This document shows, in pieces, positions 1-11,653 of a DNA stretch of 64,000 bases. Made by a program: the position numbers and the translations under genes. The DNA lies in the NCBI GenBank assembly GCA_002269645.1, contig NIVC01002509.1, positions 62,001 to 126,000 on the forward strand. The letters are read 5' to 3'. Below the pieces are notes generated by a model, which was given only the letters and a program-made list of their open reading frames with translations, searched no databases and was not told where the DNA came from. Each line of letters opens with the position of its first letter. Position 1 is the first letter of the stretch. This DNA comes from Macrostomum lignano. Its lineage: Eukaryota.

Positions 1-80
1 AATTTTGAGAATCATCCCTGAACTGCGATAAAAGTTTTCTAATACCTTAAGCTGCATCTGTTAATCTCTCGTCCCCTTAG

Positions 81-3000
81 GCTGGCTTCCACGCGGTGGC
101 CGAATTCTACCAAGCCGAGACCTGCGGCGAGGCCAGGAAATTCGGCGAGCAAATTGCCCGTCTGCAGCACTCTGACCAGCTGTTCAAAGAGTCGGACAAG
201 CGGTCCGGCAGCTCCACCCAGATGCCGTTCAAAGCCGAGTGGACTAAGGCTAAGAAAGTTTTGGAGACTGTTGAGAAAGATAATAATACTATCTATCACG
301 AGCAGGTAAGCCCTCGAATGCTTCATAACCTCACGTAAAATCTAGAATAGGACGCTGACCCTCCCAGATCCTGAGTTGCTGGGCCAGCCTCCCAGATCCT
401 CAGCTGCTGGGCCAGCCTCCCACATCCTCAGCCAGCCTCCCAGATCCTCAGTTGCTGGGCCAGCCTCCCAGATCCTCAGTTGCTGGGCCAGCCTCCCAGA
501 TCCTCAGCTGCTGGGCCAGCCTCCCAAATCCGTAGTTGCTGGGCCAGCCTCCCAGATCCTCAGTTGCTGGGCCAGCCTCCCAGATCCTCAGTTGCTGGGC
601 CAGCCTCCCAGATCCTCAGTTGCTAGGCTAACCTGCTCCAGGTGCCACCGGTGAACTCGCTCTCGGCCATAGACAAGGCCGCCATCGCCAAGGCCATCCC
701 CATGGCCTACCCAATGTCCGAAGGCTTCCGCGACAGCTTCGACAGGCTGGTGCCCATGCACATCCATCAGTCCTTGCTGAACTTCGAAGCCTGCCGTAAT
801 GACGCCTGCCAGAAGGAGCTGGGCCGCCTGCGCGAGGCCACCAGTCTGATGCAGGGCGTGCTAACCTCGCTGAACCTGCCGATGTCGCTAGAAGACTCTG
901 GCTCGGCCAGCGTGCCGCCTTCGCTGCTTGACAAGGCCCGCGATCTGGTTGACAAAGGCGGCTACGAGAAGTTGCGCGAATTGTCCTCTGAGAATCCCGA
1001 GCTGCACAAGCGCAATCGCGAAATACTGGACGAAGCCCTGCGCTTGCTAGACGAGGAGCAGGAGGCCGATAATAAGCTGCGGGAACAGTTCAAGGAGAAA
1101 TGGCAGCGAACTCCGTCTGAACGGCTTAACGATAAACTGCGCAGCGAGGCTATGAACTTCAAGTGAGAATTTTGTCTGTTGTGAGATTCCTGCGATGCTT
1201 TTTTAGTAAAGACTCGTAACTTTTTTCGTCTGATGCTTTTCCGTCAGAGGTGTGAGATTTCCTAAGAGCTACTATCAATTATGAGATTTCCTATGATATG
1301 CTATCAATTGTGAGATTTCCAATGATATGCTATCAATTGTGAGATTTCCAATGATATGCTATCAATTGTGAGATTTCCATGATGCTATTCAGTCTGAGGC
1401 GTGAGATTTCCCATGAGATGCTATTCAGTCTGAGACGTGAGATTTCCCATGAGATGCTATTCAGTCTGAGGCGTGAGATTTCCCATGAGATGCTATTCAG
1501 TCTGAGGCATGAGTTTTCCTATGAGATGCTATTCAGTCTGAGGCATGAGGTTTCCCATGCGATGCAACTCAGTCTGAGAGCGTGAGATTTCCCATGAGCT
1601 GCAACTCAGTCTGAGAGCGTGAGATTTCCCATGAGCTGCAACTCAGTCTGAGAGCGTGAGATTTCCCATGAGCTGCAACTCAGTCTGAGAGCGTGAGATT
1701 TCCCATGAGCTGCAACTCAGTCTGAGGAGTTGTATGCCTAAAACTGTCTAAATTTAAAAATACCAATTTTGTTGCTGCAATGCTACTAATATAGTAAACT
1801 AGGACAGTAGCTTAAAAGCGCATGTCCCGCTAAAAAACACACCCGCCAGGCAAATGCTGGAGAACGCGTCAAGCGCCGATCGCACTGTGCAACAGAAAAT
1901 CGCCGACAATTCCGAGGGTCTCACCGTACTGAGCGGCGGCGAATCCAAGATCAAAGCCGCCCTACCGACAGCCGGCGGCCAAGCTGCCAGCGGCGGCTCC
2001 GGCGGCGAAGCTTTGAAAGCTGACCTGCGCAAACTCTGCCAACAGGCCGAGTCGCTGAAAGGGGAGCGAACCGGACTGGAGAAGCAGCTGCAGGACGCCA
2101 TGGTCAGCCAGCCGGACGGCCTGGCCACAGAATTAAGCGACGCCATGTCTGATAGCAGCGGCCAGGCCGACGTGTCCTCGCTTGTCAACGACAAGGTCAA
2201 CGAGTTGCTCAGGCCGTTGAGGCAGAAAGTTGACGAACAGCTGCAACAGCAGGAGAGTCTTCTGGCTGAGGTGAGAGATGCGCGACCGGGACTTGTAGGG
2301 TTTGTTGCTTTTGAGCGCGAATTGCAAGTTGACTGCCTTAATTTGGGAAACCTGGGTGTGCTGAAAATTCCTAGCTCTGGATATCCTAGCATCAGTCTAA
2401 ATACCCTAGCACCACTCTGGATACCCTAACATCAGTCTAAATACCCTAGCATCACTCTAGACACCCTAGTACCACTCTAGACACCCTAGTACCACTCTAG
2501 ACACCCTAGTACCACTTTAGACACCCTAGTACCACTCTAGACACCCTAGTACCACTCTAGACACCCTAGTACCACTTTAGACACCTTAGTACCACTCTAG
2601 ACACCCTAGCATCAGTCTAGACACCCTAGCACCACTCTAGACACCCTAGCATCAGTCTAGACACCCTAGCATTAGTCTAGACACCCTAGCATCAGTCTAG
2701 ACACCCTAGCATCAGTCTAGACACCCTAGCATCAGTCTAGACACCCTAGCATCAGTCTAGACACCCTAGCATCAGTCTAGACACCCTAGCATCAGTCTAG
2801 ACACCCTAGCATCAGTCTAGACACCCTAGCATCAGTCTAGACACCCTAGCATCAGTCTAGACACCCTAGCATCAGTCTAGACACCCTAGCATCAGTCTAG
2901 ACACCCTAGCATCAGTCTAGACACCCTAGCATCAGTCTAGACACCCTAGCATCAGTCTAGACACCCTAGCACCACTCTAGACACCCTAGCATCAGTCTAA

Positions 3001-4676
3001 ACGTACCTGCTGCTCCCGCCAGGTGCAATCGAAGAACACGGAGTGGAGCGGCGGCTCGCAGAGCACAGCAGGCAGCCGGCAGGCCTGGCTCACAAAGCTC
3101 GGCAAAGCCTACGACGCGTTCATTGAAGTGCTTGGCAATTTGAAAGAAGGCCAGAAATTCTACTCCGACCTGACCGAAGTGCTGCTAAAGCACCAGAGTC
3201 GAGTCAGCGATTTCTGTTTCGCTCGTAAAACAGAAAAAGACGAATTGATGCGCGATTTGCAGTCGGCCATCGCCAGGCAGCAGCCAGCTCAGTCCGCGCC
3301 GTCTGCCCCGGCCTTTCATGCCACCACCGCCGGCACTGGACAGGTGAAAAATTATGTGCCTGTGCACATCGTACAGGTAGATTCTCACAGGGTGTACAGC
3401 GGGCCTGACTTTTATCGTCAGACATGTACATTCTGCTTTAGATATTGGCTTCACAGGCACGAAATCGTACAAAATTAAAAAGCCCTATGTAGTCCAGATT
3501 CTATATCTAAGAGATTCAGTAATCCATGAGCAGCTTCCAGTCCAGATTCTATATCTTAGAGATTCAGTAATCCATGAGCAGCTTCCAGTCCAGATTCTAT
3601 ATCTTAGAGATTCAGTAATCCATGAGCAGCTTCCAGTCCAGATTCTATATCTTAGAGATTCAGTAATCCATGAGCAGCTTCCAGTCCAGATTCTATATCT
3701 TAGAGATTCAGTAATCCATGAGCAGCTTCCAGTCCAGATTCTATATCTTAGAGATTCAGTAATCCATGAGCAGCTTCCTGTCCAGATTCTATATCTTAGA
3801 GATTCAGTAATCCATGAGCAGCTTCCAGTCCAGATTCTATATCTTAGAGATTCAGTAATCCATGAGCAGCTTCCAGTCCAGATTCTATATCTTAGAGATT
3901 CAGTAATCCATGAGCAGCTTCCAGTCCAGATTCTATATCTTAGAGATTCAGTAATCCATGAGCAGCTTCCAGTCCAGATTCTATATCTTAGAGATTCAGT
4001 AATCCATGAGCAGCTTCCAGTCCAGATTCTAAATCTTAGAGATTCAGTAATCCATGAGCAGCTTCCAGTCCAGATTCTATATCTTAGAGATTCAGTAATC
4101 CATGAGCAGCTTCCAGTCCAGATTCTTTATCTTAGAGATTCAGTAATCCATGAGCAGCTTCCAGTCCAGATTCTATATCTTAGAGATTCAGTAATCCATG
4201 AGCAGCTTCCAGTCTAGATTCTTTATCTAAGAGATTCAGTAATCCATGAGCAGCTTCCAGTCCAGATTCTATATCTAAGAGATTTAATAATCCATGAGCA
4301 GCGTTCAATCGTTTGAAATTGTGCGCACGTATTTAATTTGCTACAGGAGCAACAGCAACCGCAACAGCAGCAGCAGCCGCCGCCGCGCCCTCCGCCGCCA
4401 TCGGTGCCGGCCTACAGCCAGCAGCAGCCGCAGCCGCAGCAGCCGCCAATGCCCGGCTACCCGATGTACCCGCCCTACTCCGGAGCTCCCGGTGGCGGCT
4501 ACCCGCCAGCTTACCAGCCGCCAGCCCCGGGCTACCCGCCCGGCTATCCGCAGCAGCCGCCAATGCCCAGCTATCCAGGCTATCCCGGATATCCGGCTTA
4601 CCCCGGGGCTAATCCCTATCCGACTTATCCCGGCTACCCGGCCTATCCGGGCTATCCACAGCAGCCGCCGCGTTGA
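81..4676 (+). CDS. PDCD6IP: ALIX / programmed cell death 6-interacting protein (Bro1 C-terminus, V domain, Pro-rich tail), 5'-partial; exons 81-305, 642-1162, 1850-2270, 3023-3343, 4347-4676
   Basis: All junctions are GT-AG and phase-consistent (605 aa in window). Bro1 end motif KDNNTIYHEQ|VP, V-domain FYSDLTEVLLKHQSRVSDFCFARKTEKDEL, PSAP late-domain-type motif (QSAPSAPAF), PPRPPPP and GYP/PPY-rich tail ending GYPQQPPR-stop. Upstream exons lie outside the window. Confidence 0.93.
358..624. repeat. 28-bp minisatellite (TGGGCCAGCCTCCCAGATCCTCAGTTGC) ~9 copies, in ALIX intron 306-641
   Basis: Tandem units read directly; the array ends just before branch-like CTAAC (628-632) and the acceptor at 640-641. 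Confidence 0.95.
1250..1727. repeat. Graded 29/36/37-bp minisatellite starting GTGAGATTTCC, in ALIX intron 1163-1849
   Basis: Units shift from GTGAGATTTCCAATGATATGCTATCAATT to GTGAGATTTCCCATGAGATGCTATTCAGTCTGAGGC to GTGAGATTTCCCATGAGCTGCAACTCAGTCTGAGAGC. Confidence 0.93.
2380..2999. repeat. 20-bp minisatellite (CTAGACACCCTAGCATCAGT / ...TACCACT) ~30 copies, in ALIX intron 2271-3022
   Basis: Tandem units read directly. Confidence 0.96.
3491..4300. repeat. 48-bp minisatellite (GTCCAGATTCTATATCTTAGAGATTCAGTAATCCATGAGCAGCTTCCA) ~17 copies, in ALIX intron 3344-4346
   Basis: Period of 48 confirmed at 3492, 3540 and 3588. Confidence 0.96.
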
Positions 4677-6166
4677 AAGAAAAACAGCAAAGCCGGAAAC
4701 TTTACTGTTTTTTTCAACTCTGTAGGGTTGCTTTGAATATTTTATTGACTAATATTGATTTTTCTAAGAAACTTCAAACTTGATCGATTTTTTGCTGCGG
4801 TGTTTTTAATTCCCATTTAAGGCTTTATAGAAAAAAAACTGAAGAAAGAACCAACTGTGGCTTTAGATAGCAGAAATGTACACACACAGAATTAATAAAT
4901 ACCCTATGTATTTGTGTTATTTATTGACCCCCACCCCCTGTTTTGTTATTTTTCGCCCCGAGCAGTAGTAAGTAAGCTGTGAGACTATAAATAATTAAGC
5001 TCATTGGTATAAACCATCAGCTAGAATGCGTCACCGAATGTTAACCTATTTTTTCATGCACTTGTCATTTATACAATTAGAAATTAAAAATCAATACGTT
5101 TCCCTACTCATACTGTTGTACTTTTCTCATTGCAAATCTTTAAGATTGTTTTTTTAAACCCCAGCATAAAAAATATTAAATTGCTGTCTAATTTACCATC
5201 AGATTGTTTGTCCCTATAAACCTGCTAATGCTACTTACTCTATTTGTAACGTAAGTAGTAAGTAAACCTAGAAAATGACAGAAACTTTATATTTAAAAAT
5301 TTCTGAAGCAAGTTTTTCAACAAGCCGATTATTTTCTTAATCGTTTAAAATTCAAAATATTGTCCATTTTTGTTATTCCAGTTTTCCAGATTCCAGAACA
5401 GATGCCGCTTGGAGGTGTACAATTGTTAAACTTTCTGGTGTTCTCTCTCGTATGCATAAACTAATAGCTACGGCACTAAAATATTCAGATTTACCTTCAA
5501 ATAAATATTTATCTTTATGTTTATTTTACACTGCTATCCATCTTCGTTCTCTAAACGTTCACTATAGCCATCGTAAAGACGAAATGATTCTTTTGTTATT
5601 GTCTTCTCAGATTATTGTTTAATGCACTTATCCCAGTAGAAAGAAACCCAGACTCTACTAAAGTGCAATGCCTGCGTCTGAGGAAATGAAAAATTGCAGC
5701 TGAGCCTCCAGTTGATGAAGGTGAATAAGGACTGTGCAAAAAATTAAACAAATTTAATAACAAAGAAGAAATTTGTCTCCTGGTTGGATTAGTGCAAGCA
5801 TTAACATCAATCTCGAGCTAGATAATAAATATATAATTAGACACGTTTATGTGCGGGCGATATATATAGTAATAAAATAATTTACTATTAATCCTCAGAG
5901 CTAAAAATATTGTATTGAAAAACACATTTGCTTGAAAACTAATAACTTTTTACTGCTTTCAAACCGGCATAAACGGTCAAAAGACCACGGTTGCTTGTTA
6001 GTAGTATATACAGAATTATTTTCATGTAACGGACATATCTGCTTCACAAACGAAATTCAGAAGTCCTGGATTAACTAATAAATTAACTTGATAAAAATCA
6101 ATACATTCATTGTCAAATTAGCATGGTCTTTAACTGTTATGCCGTGAAAGCTGTCCGGACTGTCCA

Positions 6167-6422
6167 GAATTTTTTAGTCATTTCTTCAGTTTATCTTTCG
6201 CTTGTCTCTGGTTTCTCTTACGACTCTTCCTCTGTCTTGTTAACTCATATCTCTCTCCTTTGCTGCCTTTTGATTGGCTCTTCAATCTCGCCTCTTTCCT
6301 CTACTGCGTTGAAAGAGCCAATAAGAAGGCAGCAAAGGAGAGAGATAAGAATAAGACTGAACCAGACAGAGGGAGAGAAAAACACAGACGAGGACAGATG
6401 AACTCAAGAAATAAAAAGATTC
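6167..6422. repeat. Long imperfect inverted repeat (~105-bp arms, 23-nt loop)
   Basis: Left arm 6180-6285 pairs with right arm 6309-6412. The inner part ATCTCTCTCCTTTGCTGCCTTTTGATTGGCTCTTCAA is nearly perfectly complementary to TTGAAAGAGCCAATAAGAAGGCAGCAAAGGAGAGAGAT. Confidence 0.85.
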
Positions 6423-7254
6423 GCGGCGTATACAACAAAAACTACTCAAGAAAATAGTTTTGCCTATAGCGATGGAATGGAAAAATTGAAAAAAAAACTT
6501 TAGATACAAACGATTCGTTAAAAAACAACGCAAAAACAAAAAAAACTGCAGGAAAATAAAAAGTTCGCACATGTACTTTTGTTAAACGCAAAAAAGTTCA
6601 AATCTGAATAAGAAACTTGTCGAACAAAAACAACATTCAGCAAAGTGTTACTATAATGTGACGTTTGAAGTGTCTGAACAATTCACTGAAGCATTCGGGT
6701 CAGTGTAGAGGCAGAGAATAACAAACAATTTGAAGCTAATTTTTTATATAAAATTGAAATAACTTCGACCTTAACTGGGATATCACAATGCAACCAAATG
6801 GGAACGCTAGCCATTATTAAATCAGACTAGAACCAGTGCACCTATGCTAAATTCAAGTCAATCCTATCATTAAAATGAAAATCTGCAAACATCGACTATC
6901 ATTTGCTTTACTTACGTATTTGAAACTAACATATTACATATATATAACGTTAAGTTTAACTGGTGTAAATTGCAAATAGTAATTATAATTTAAATTAATT
7001 ATAATAGTGTAACACTATAATAAATACATTAATTTAAACAACAATTAAAGAAATTATAATGGTTAATACACAACACTACGAGTATTAGACGCAGCTGACA
7101 TTATATAATGATTAATACAAAAAACCTACTTTAGTTGTAATAAGAGACGCGCGTTATGAGCCAAAGGTGCTAATGACCCTCCTGTCAATTGGCACCCAGC
7201 TAAGGACCTGGGAACCACGCTGTTAATTGTTCCTCTGTAAACTGTTTTACAAGT

Positions 7255-7875
7255 AGATATACCCTGGCATCCCTCTAGATACCCTGGCATCCCTCTAGAT
7301 ACCCTGACATCCCTCTAGATACCCTGACATCCCTCTAGATACCCTGGCATCCCTCTAGATACCCTGACATCCCTCTAGATACCCTGACATCCCTCTAGAT
7401 ACTCTGACATCCCTCTAGATACTCTGAAATCCCTCTAGATACCCTGACATCCCTCTAGATACCCTGACATCTCTCTAGATACCATGACATCCCTCTAGAT
7501 ACCCTGACATCCCTCTAGATACTCTGACATCTCTCTAGATACCATGACATCCCTCTAGATACCCTGACATCCCTCTAGATACTCTGACATCTCTCTAGAT
7601 ACCCTGAAATCCCTCTAGATACCCTGACATCCCTCTAGATACTCTGACATCCCTCTAGATACTCTGACATCCCTCTAGATACCCTGACATCCCTCTAGAT
7701 ACCCTGACATCCCTCTAGATACTCTGACATCTCTCTAGATACCCTGAAATCCCTCTAGATACCCTGACATCCCTCTAGATACTCTGACATCCCTCTAGAT
7801 ACCCTGACATCCCTCTAGATACCCTGACATCCCTCTAGATACTCTGACATCCCTCTAGATACCCCAGCATCCCTC
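7255..7875. repeat. 20-bp minisatellite (CTAGATACCCTGACATCCCT) ~30 copies, intergenic
   Basis: Tandem units read directly. Confidence 0.96.
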
Positions 7876-8053
7876 TACGATACATAAAAATCCTAGATAA
7901 CTGGAAGCTCTGGCAAAGACCCAGCTACATTTCTAATAGCTGCAGAAAGCAGATCATTCTATCCAGACGAAACCTAATCATTAATCGAATGACGCAACGT
8001 TAATCAACAAAAACGAGTTCAGCAAACACTTTAAATGTCCAATTCAATCCAAA

Positions 8054-8734
8054 TCACTCTCGCTTGTTAGCGCCAGCGGCCTGCTCGGCTCTCTCCTTGG
8101 TATCCAAGGCGGCCATGTTGACGCTGGCAACGTAGAGATGCACAGCGCTAATAGCGCTTTTAACCGCCGCCACGGGAAAGGTGAGAACGGCTAGCGTTGG
8201 CACGAGGCCAAAGCCTAGCAGTATTGGTCCCCTAGTGAAGTGCATCAGGTACAGAGCAGCATAGAACAGCTCATTACCGGCGCACATGCAGAATAGCACA
8301 ACCCGACTATTGTAATAATAATATAGAATCGGATTAGAGCTCAAATCCACCGCCTTATGACTCTGAGCACCGCGCACAATAGACGAATGCAGATGCAGCC
8401 AATGGCTGGCAATGTCCAGTGCGGCGCTCAATTGAAATGCCAGCATATATCTGGGATAGAACTGGGCTAGCACGAATAGCAGGCACATTGTGGCGCACCT
8501 GTCAGTCAGCATGTCCAGCATAGCGCCGAATTTAGTAGACTGATTCAGCAGTCTGGCCGCGTGGCCATCGAATGCGTCTAGCAGGCCGGATAGCAGATAG
8601 GCCCACGTGGCCCTCACGTGGTCGAATGGCATGTAATAGCAGGCCAGTATGGCTAACAGGATTCTGGCGTAGCCAATCAGATTGGGCACGAATAGGAATA
8701 CATTCTGTTCCGAATAGTTTGACGAGCTTAGCAT
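8054..8734 (-). CDS. CDIPT: CDP-diacylglycerol--inositol 3-phosphatidyltransferase (phosphatidylinositol synthase), single coding exon, 226 aa
   Basis: N-terminal NVFLFVPNLIGYARI and the complete CDP-alcohol phosphotransferase motif DAFDGHAARLLNQSTKFGAMLDMLTDR; uninterrupted ORF of the expected size. Confidence 0.96.
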   Translation of the reverse strand: MLSSSNYSEQNVFLFVPNLIGYARILLAILACYYMPFDHVRATWAYLLSGLLDAFDGHAARLLNQSTKFGAMLDMLTDRCATMCLLFVLAQFYPRYMLAFQLSAALDIASHWLHLHSSIVRGAQSHKAVDLSSNPILYYYYNSRVVLFCMCAGNELFYAALYLMHFTRGPILLGFGLVPTLAVLTFPVAAVKSAISAVHLYVASVNMAALDTKERAEQAAGANKRE

Positions 8735-8757
8735 GGTTACAGTTGGTTGATTGCAAG

Positions 8758-8775
8758 CTGAAGTATGCCGTTAGG
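8758..8775 (-). promoter_or_regulatory. 3' splice-acceptor-like site (branch CTAAC ... TACTTCAG|) 23 nt upstream of the CDIPT ATG
   Basis: The minus strand reads CCTAACGGCATACTTCAG|CTTGCAATCAACCAACTGTAACC-ATG. It could be a 5'UTR intron acceptor or an SL trans-splice acceptor. Confidence 0.55.
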
Positions 8776-8861
8776 TAATGAGTTTGCGCCTGATGCACTG
8801 CATTTTACTGCTAATCACTCAGATTTCTACTATTTGTAGCGATTCGATATCCATCTTTTTG

Positions 8862-9285
8862 GTCTGTTGTGGATTCTTCTATCTTTTGTGGATTCTTGTT
8901 GGGCTGTTGTGGATTTTTGTTGGTCTAATGTGGATTCTTATCTATCTGTTGTGGATTCTTGTTGGTCTGCTGTGAGTTTTTGTATAGCGGATTCTTGTTG
9001 GTCAGTTGTGGATTCTTATTGGTCTGTTGTGGATTCTTATCAATCTGTTGTGGATTCTTGTTGGTCTGTTGTTGATTCTTATCAATCCGTTGTGGGTTCT
9101 TGTTGGTCTGTTGTGGATAACTGCTGTGGATTTTTGCTAATCCGTTGTGAATTATTGTTTATCTGTTGTGGATTCTTGTTTATCTGTAGCAGATTCTTGT
9201 TGGTCTGTTGTGGAATCTTGTTTATCGGTCTGTTGTGGATTCTTGTTGGCCGGTCTGTTGTGGAATCTTGTTTATCTGTTGTGCA
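8862..9285. repeat. Degenerate 21-bp minisatellite (TTGTGGATTCTTGTTGGTCTG)
   Basis: Repeated TGTGGATTCTT cores at ~21-bp spacing. Confidence 0.85.
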
Positions 9286-10127
9286 TTTTTTCTCCTTTCT
9301 TGGTGGTCTTTTGTTGAATCTGACGTTCTGTTGTGACATTTGTGGCTTGTATTTCCAAAGCTCATCTCTAAACAAAAGTAAAGTAATGCGACTTACAAAA
9401 AAATCAGACATTCTGCAACAGTTTTAAAAGTATATATATCTCGTACTTTCTTATTCAAAAAGTTTGCAAGGCATTTTCCACTGCCGCTGTCACAGGAGGG
9501 CCCGCACGAACAAAGAAAACGTGTTGCAATATCACGGATATGGACGAACAGCAGAAATTAATTGCGTCAAATTTTTTGTCAAATTAGATGCTCCCCAAAA
9601 AACAGAATGCTCGAAGAAACTTCTTTGAGTCGGAAGCAAATAAAAGTCTCTACTTGCTACTCACAGTAAGAAACAAATGCAGCAATTGTCAAATTAAACT
9701 ATAAATAAATTTTACATTGTGAACATATTCGACTACATTGCAGCATTTTGAAGACAAGTAAAAGAGTGAATACATATCGCAGTACGCACAGACACGCGCA
9801 CCAAGTCCCGAGACTACAACTCATTAGTTCATGCCAAGTTCCTTATGCGATTTGCATTATCAGAGGACGCCACGGCCTGAAAACAGGGAGGATGAAAGTA
9901 AAGCCATTATTTATTAATAAAAAAATCAAACATTTGGATGACAGAGAAAAAAATTATAAAGAATGGGCAATTAATAGAAGTAGAAAGTTTTATATGGAGT
10001 CTTTTTTGCCGATATGTAGCGCAATAAAGTATTTTACGCCAAAATACAGATTTTTTGGGTTGAAAGAATGACAGACGCAAGGCACAGATTTAGAACGGGA
10101 TGACAGACTGAATCAAGCCCATTTCAT

Positions 10128-10652
10128 AGCACACCTGGAACTCACAGAGCTCATATCCTAGCACACCTGGAACTCACAGAGCTCATATCCTAGCACACCT
10201 GGAACTCACAGAGCTCATATCCTAGCACACCTGGAACTCACAGAGCTCATATCCTAGCACACCTGGAACTCACAGAGCTCATATCCTAGCACACCTGGAA
10301 CTCACAGAGCTCATATCCTAGCACACCTGGAACTCACAGAGCTCATATCCTAGCACACCTGGAACTCACAGAGCTCATATCCTAGCACACCTGGAACTCA
10401 CAGAGCTCATATCCTAGCACACCTGGAACTCACAGAGCTCATATCCTAGCACACCTGGAACTCACAGAGCTCATATCCTAGCACACCTGGAACTCACAGA
10501 GCTCATATCCTAGCACACCTGGAACTCACAGAGCTCATATCCTAGCACACCTGGAACTCACATAGCTCATATCCTAGCACACCTGGAACTCACAGAGCTC
10601 ATATCCTAGCACACCTGGAACTCACAGAGCTCATATCCTAGCACACCTGGAA
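10128..10652. repeat. 32-bp minisatellite (ATCCTAGCACACCTGGAACTCACAGAGCTCAT) ~16 copies
   Basis: Near-identical tandem units. Confidence 0.96.
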
Positions 10653-11653
10653 ATTTGTGCACAGCAAAACCAGTTGAATTTGTGACAGCAATTAAAAGTA
10701 ACTGGAAACTTAAAAGGCAAAGGATGCACCGAAGACGGATAGAAAGAAGTCACTGTCTAATTGAAAATCTAATAGAGAAAAACAGTTACCTGTTGCTGGT
10801 GTGCAAAAGTGCGTCTAAACTGGTTTGGGGTGACTTGGCATTTATTTTCAACGAAGCGTTGAATAGAGATGAGTAACTATAATAGACAAAACGTATCTAC
10901 TAGTTGGTTTCTTAGCATTCAACTCTTAACGATATGAGCGGACACTGAAAGCATGGGTTAATTAATAATGTTATTGGATTAAGAAAGCACCGAAACTCAA
11001 CAATTATATTATTAGTTAGTACTATTAGTAGCTACGAGCATAAAAGCAAAACAAAAAAAACAGTAAGTTTGATTAATTTTCCATTAAACTTTTCAGTCTA
11101 AACCAAAGATACTAAAATAACAAAAATATTTGCGTGTAAGCTACTTTCAGTTCAGTAGAAAGCTTACGAAAAGTAAGCATTTTAATGTATTTTTATAGCC
11201 AAAAGGCTCATTTATTGGCTCTTACCCCCCCCCCCGCTTCGCCCAAATTTTATTGCCTTTCTCAGAATTCCAACCTAAAGTTGCCATGTACATTTCAGTG
11301 GACTGGCTAATGTAGATTATTGTTGTTTAGCGAGTTGTTTACGCCTGCAAGCTTGGGCTTCTAAACTTGTTAAAGTCATTGCAGCTGCCTTTATTTCTAT
11401 AGAATAGCTTATGTATTCTTTTTTGCTACTGAACAGAAAGTAGAAAGCAGTTTTACTAAGTAAGTGGTCCATCTAGTTATTTTAGTATCTGTGGTCTAAA
11501 CTATTTCTGTTCAAATTTGGCAATCTTTAAAAATATATTATAATCAGCTTACTAACAGTAGGCGGTACGTAAATCAAATGATTAATAAACATTTAAAAAC
11601 TAATTGTGCCAACAAAACAGCATCAAATAAAATGCAACAGCTATGAAAAGCAC

